A DNA stretch of 64,000 nucleotides, taken from the NCBI RefSeq assembly GCF_009914755.1, contig NC_060927.1. The stretch is one strand, 5' to 3'. This stretch comes from the human T2T-CHM13v2.0 reference genome, Homo sapiens. The notes below the pieces were generated by a model. It had not been told where the DNA came from, ran no database searches, and saw only the letters and a list, made by a program, of their open reading frames with translations. The position numbers and the translations under genes are program-made. Below are positions 55,400 through 64,000 of the stretch, in pieces (position 1 is the first letter of the stretch; the number at the start of each line of letters is the position of its first letter).

Positions 55400-56830
55400 T
55401 CTCCTTGGAAGGAATATCTCAACATGCTTCAGATCACTGGACTCTTGGAATCTGAGATTATGTGTGCTTGCATTTTAAAGGAATTTACTCTCATCTTTTG
55501 ATTCACATCTGTCTTACTAAGGCAGCTAAAAAACTTGCTACTTTTTGTTCATCAGATCCAATCAGCATAATATCAAGAATGATGTGAATCAGTTTGCTGT
55601 TATGTAGAATACCAATATTATGAAGATTTCTTCAGACTATATAATTGCAGGGAAAGCAAGTTTAAATAGTCCTGTAGCAAAACTGTGAAGGTACATTGTT
55701 AGTCATGCTAGGTAAAAGCAAGCTGCTTCTGATGATCTCTGCAAATTGATGTGAAGGAAAAAGCATTTGCAAGGTCAATAGCTGCATACAGGACTCAGAA
55801 CCTGTGTTGATTTTTTCCAGTAAAGATACTACATCTGAAATAGCAGTTGCAATTAGAGTAACTACGTAATCAGGCTTACAGTAATCCGCAGTTATTCTCC
55901 AAGATCCACCTACCTTCTGAACAAGCTAAATTAGTGAGTTAAATGGGATGTGATAGATAACACTATCTGTGCAACTTTAAAGTCTTTGTTGGTGGCACTA
56001 ATCTTTGAAATTCTCCCAGGGTTTTCAAAGGGCTGCCGTAATAGCCCTTACTCCATGTGTCAACGAGCCAATGTGAGGATTCTGCCTGCTTCCAGGTATG
56101 CCTCTCCCAGCTGTCAGGGGTCAGGAAACATTTCCTGTGAAGGATCAGATAGTAAATGTTTCAGGCTTTGTGGGCCACATTGTTGTCGTCTCCTCCTCCT
56201 CCTCCTTCTTCTCAGCCTTTAAAAAAGATAGAAACTATTCTTAGCTCACAAGATGTACCAAAAAAATAAATAAATACAGAAGGCTACAGGCCATAATTAG
56301 CCCAGGCCATATTTTGCCAACCTCTGGTCTAGACCAGTGCTATATAATAAAACTTTCTGTGATAACATGATAATGGAAGCTTAAATTTAAATAGCCACAG
56401 GTGGCTAGTGTTGACTATATTGGACTATGCAGATCTATATCCAGTAACCATGAAGTATGTCAATAGACCTATTAGGTCCACTATGATTTGAACTTTGGCC
56501 ACATCTTATAATCACTGACTTCCATAAGCACTCATTTTCCATTTAGATTGCGGTGGCATTTTGGGTCCCCAGGAATTAGCGTCAGTTCACAGTCAGTGTC
56601 TTTTAATCCCTCTGGACATTTCTTTTTCACCAGTGCACAATTACTATAGTAAATAGTTGCAAGTTCCTTTGGAAAAAGCCTGGTGAAAGATTTATAATAT
56701 ATACTTCTGGAAATTCTGCGGAATCCTTTTTCAATAGCAGCTTGTCTCTACAATCAAAGGAATCTTAGTTTGTGAACTGGTTAAGGTTTGGAAACTGGGT
56801 GAGAGGCCGTGACTCTTTATTGCAGTGACC
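55400..56830 (-). mobile_element. ERVL-class endogenous retrovirus internal relic (protease-RT), interrupted by MER58-like (~56110-56330) and MER3-like (~56335-56435) DNA elements
   Basis: Minus-strand translation of fragments gives DTDCELTLIPGDPK (protease), GSWRITADY, YAAIDLANAF and a degenerate (H)xxDIMLI RT motif; heavily frameshifted. Confidence 0.8.
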
Positions 56831-56839
56831 CTTCTTTGC

Positions 56840-58610
<1,771 letters not shown>

Positions 58611-59294
58611 GAAGTTCTCACTATTCATTTTAATAGAGGTAAATTAGTAGAGATAATTATAATATAGAGAATTATGAAGTAGGTATTAATCTGTTAACTA
58701 AGTAACTGAAAAAGTAAAAAGAGAACATTAATGTCTCACAGCAGTAGGAACTACAGGAAGCAGATGTAATTATAATTAGATAGAGCTGGAGGTACAAAGG
58801 AAAGAGCTGGAAGGAGGGGTCCTGAGGAGCTGAAACTTGGACTTTAAGGAGATGATTCTGGCTGGCTAGTGAAGGTGTTTCTAGGGTAAAATCATGAAGA
58901 GGTTGGTTCTGCAAGTGCTGAAAAAATGCAAACTAGGTTTAATTGCTGCTTTGGGAAGGCTCTGCTGCTCAGCACAAGACTAGTAGAAGTTTCTAAACCT
59001 GTGTATTTGCTAACATAAAGTCCAGTGACTTAACAAAACTTCAGCATAATAGGGGATTAAACAAAACAGAAGTTTATTTTTCCCTTGTGTGAATTAATTT
59101 TGAAGATAGGCAGTCTAGGCCAAGTTTTGTGGTTCTATAATCATCAGGAACCCATCAATTCTGTCTTTCTAATTCACCATCCTAATTCACAGCTTCTGTC
59201 ACCTCGTAGTCCAAGGTGGTTTCTCCATCTGTCTCATTTGTATGGTAAGCTGGATGGAGGAGTTAAAACAGAACTCAAAATAGTCTGCCTCCTC

Positions 59295-59380
59295 TTTTTT
59301 TTTTTTTTTTTGAGACGGAGTCTCACTCTGTCGCCCAGGCTGGGAGTGCAGTGGCGCGATCTCTGCCCACTGCAGCCTCC
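59295..59380 (-). mobile_element. 5'-truncated Alu (3' ~70 bp plus tail)
   Basis: Poly-T plus gagacggagtctcactctgtcgcccagg; gcctcctc flanks both sides. Confidence 0.85.
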
Positions 59381-59579
59381 TCCCTTTTAAGGAGCTTTCT
59401 GAAAGTCATAAAAATGCCTCTTGTTATATCTCTTTAATCAGAATTTAGTTATAAAGCCACATCTAGCAGCAAGGGAAGCTGGGAAGGCTGTGTTTTAGCT
59501 GAGTATACTTGTCAGAATTCTGTTACCAAGGAAAAAGAAGAGATTGGATTTTGGGAAGCAATTAGCTGTTTATTCCACT

Positions 59580-60500
59580 ATGTGATTGAGGAAACCTACC
59601 AAAAACTGATAGCAAATACATTAATAAATTCTGAAAGGTTTAGATATACCTGCTAAAGTCAGAAACAAGATTATGATACCCACTCTTATCACTGCGATTC
59701 CAGATTGTGCAGGAGGTCCTCCATGCATTAAGACAAGAAAGGAAATGGTGACTTAAGGATGGAAAGGAAGAGACAAATATATTATTTTTTACATAAGACC
59801 TAATTATCTGCAAGGAAAATCTAAGAATCTACAAACTTGTAGCACTTAATAAGAGAGTTCAGAAAAATTTCCAGATACAAGATCAACTTTTGAGAATCAA
59901 TAGTGTTCCTATACAATAGTAATAATTAATCATAAAAAGTAATGTGCAAAATATGCCTTTTGTAGTAGCAACAAACTATGTCCTAGCCGTAAATATAATA
60001 AAGTTGTGCAAGTATTTTATGAAAATTAATGTCATATGTTATTGAAGGGCATAAAAAATCTGAGTAAATGAATAGGCATATCTTGATGTTGGATTGGAAG
60101 ACTGAATATTTTTAAAATGTCAGTTCTTTTCTAATAATCTATAAATTCAATGTATTTTCAACAATTACTCTAATAGATGATTATATGGAACAAATCATAA
60201 TTCTAAGATTTATATGGAAAACTAAAAGCCCACAAACAATAATAAAATTTTGAGTAAAACCAAGTGAGAGACTTTGCTTATCAGATGTATTACAGAGCTA
60301 TAGTAATATAGTGTTTTCCTGTAAAAAGGCAGAGATACACATTAGTGAGATTGAACAGAATGTCTATAAACAGGCCCAAGTATGTATAGGAACTTGATAT
60401 TACATGTGTCAGAGGTGATATTTCAAATCACTTAGGGAATGGATGGCTCTCTACAAAATGGTGTTGGAACAAATGATTATTAATATGGACAAATATTGAA
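59580..60500 (+). mobile_element. Old L1ME ORF2 fragment
   Basis: aagtcagaaacaaga...ccagatacaagatcaac...ggattggaagactgaatatt. Confidence 0.75.
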
Positions 60501-61934
60501 TTCTGTGTTGAAGATAACTGGTTGTCTTCTAATATCCATTATCCTCCTGTTTTCATAAATTAAGATATTTTTAGTTGGGCATAGACCCATCTCCAAGGCT
60601 GAGATTAAGACCTCTTTGAAGATGGTGTGGCCACCCCAGGAATGCGGCCTACTGGTAGTGAAGAGATTTGCCAGAGTGTGGGCAGGAGCTAGTCTTTAGA
60701 AGTGGCCCACAATTGGCATAATAAATGGGTAGGTCAAGCCTGTTCTGTAGAAGTCACTTGCCGTTGTGGGTGGTATGTCACTGCCTGAGGGTGCAGCCAG
60801 AGCTGGTCCTCTGTGCTAAATAGATAGAGTGACAGACTAGAACCTGGAAAGGAATACGTTCTTGCTAGAGCTTAGTCAGGTGGCAGCACCTAGCTTGTAA
60901 GGGAGACTATGACAGAAGAAATGTGGGTGACTTCCAGTCATACCTTTAAAGGGAGAAAATGTGCTGCCCACTTTTCCATTTCCCATTGGCTGAAATGTGG
61001 ATACAGTAGTGGGGTCCAGAACAGCCAGCCCTTCTGGGCCTTGAGATGAAAGCTTCATGATGCAGATGTCAGAGCAGCATGGTAAAAGGAGCCTTGGTTC
61101 TTGGTGGCTGTGGAGCCTTCAGTCCTATACTTCCCACTTGGATTTTCATATGACAAAGCAATGCACCTCTAACTGTTTAAGCCTCTGTGATTTGGGGTCT
61201 CTTTGTTACAATAGCCAAGGTTATATCCTAGCATAAATAGACACCTTGTGTATTAAAATATAAAATTCAAGGTGAATTAAAAAAGCCAAAACAAAACACA
61301 AAATTTGAAAGTTTTAGGATAAAAAGAGATTATATTTAAATTTTTAATTATATAAGGAATGATTTCTTACATAGACCAAAAGAGGGAAAAGATTGACAAA
61401 TATGACCTATGTAGATCAAAATCCTCTTTTTATAAAAATCATTGAAATAAAGCAATAGTAACTATATATAATGAAGGCTTCTTTGCAAGTGACTGTTCTA
61501 AATTTCTTTTCAGTAATTACATATTTATGGTCAAAACAGTGCTCTGAGGTCTATGCTATTACTATCTCCATTTTGACAATGAGGAAATGAAGACACAGAG
61601 AGTTCATATAATTTGCCCAAGGGCACAGGGCTAATAAGTAGTAGAAGGGGGGTTTGAACCTTGGCAATCAAGTGCTGGAGGTTACACACTTGACCACTAC
61701 TTTATGCTGCTCCTTACTGATTTCTAAATAGACTAGAAAGACAGACAATAGGTTGGGAGAAGACATTTTCAATTTATAGCAGGTAAAGATATATGCAAAG
61801 AATGCCTAAAAGTGTATAAGAAAAAGACAACTGATGTAATAGACAAGTGATCAAAAAGTACAAGCAGGCGGTACATAGAAGAAAAAATACAAACAGCCAA
61901 AAAATGTTTTTAAGAGTAGTAATTTTCACAAGTG

Positions 61935-63870
<1,936 letters not shown>

Positions 63871-64000
63871 ACACACAAATGAGTGCAAGCGTTTTTTGTT
63901 GTTGTTGTTTGTTTGTTTTTAAGTTACTGAGACTCTGTGAAGAAGTTTTAGGAATACCTTAAATTACTAGTTGTGCTTATATACTCTTTTACACATATGC

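Overview
Human (primate) genomic DNA carrying the 5' part of the cardiac sodium channel gene SCN5A (Nav1.5) on the minus strand. It contains the CpG-island promoter and non-coding exon 1 (~35735-35876), coding exons 2-5, the neonatal exon 6A (160-251) and the first 19 nt of adult exon 6B (1-19). Intron 3 is a minor-spliceosome AT-AC intron. The ~28 kb upstream of the promoter is intergenic and repeat-dense: Alus, a large L1MA with nested MaLR LTRs inserted into an older antisense L1, an ERVL pro-pol relic, MIR/L2 and MER DNA elements. I found no other credible protein-coding gene. Most notable observations: (1) exon 6A starts with a near-copy of exon 5's own donor, suggesting recursive splicing in the 6A/6B switch; (2) a non-TE 58-bp inverted repeat with a competing local hairpin just upstream of exon 3, plus further fold-back/templated-insertion scars of similar architecture; (3) a tiny polyadenylated, TSD-flanked LTR12 3' end retroposed 1.1 kb upstream of the TSS; (4) several cardiac TF motif clusters. 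Exon coordinates were read from splice sites. Repeat boundaries and subfamily names are by eye and approximate.
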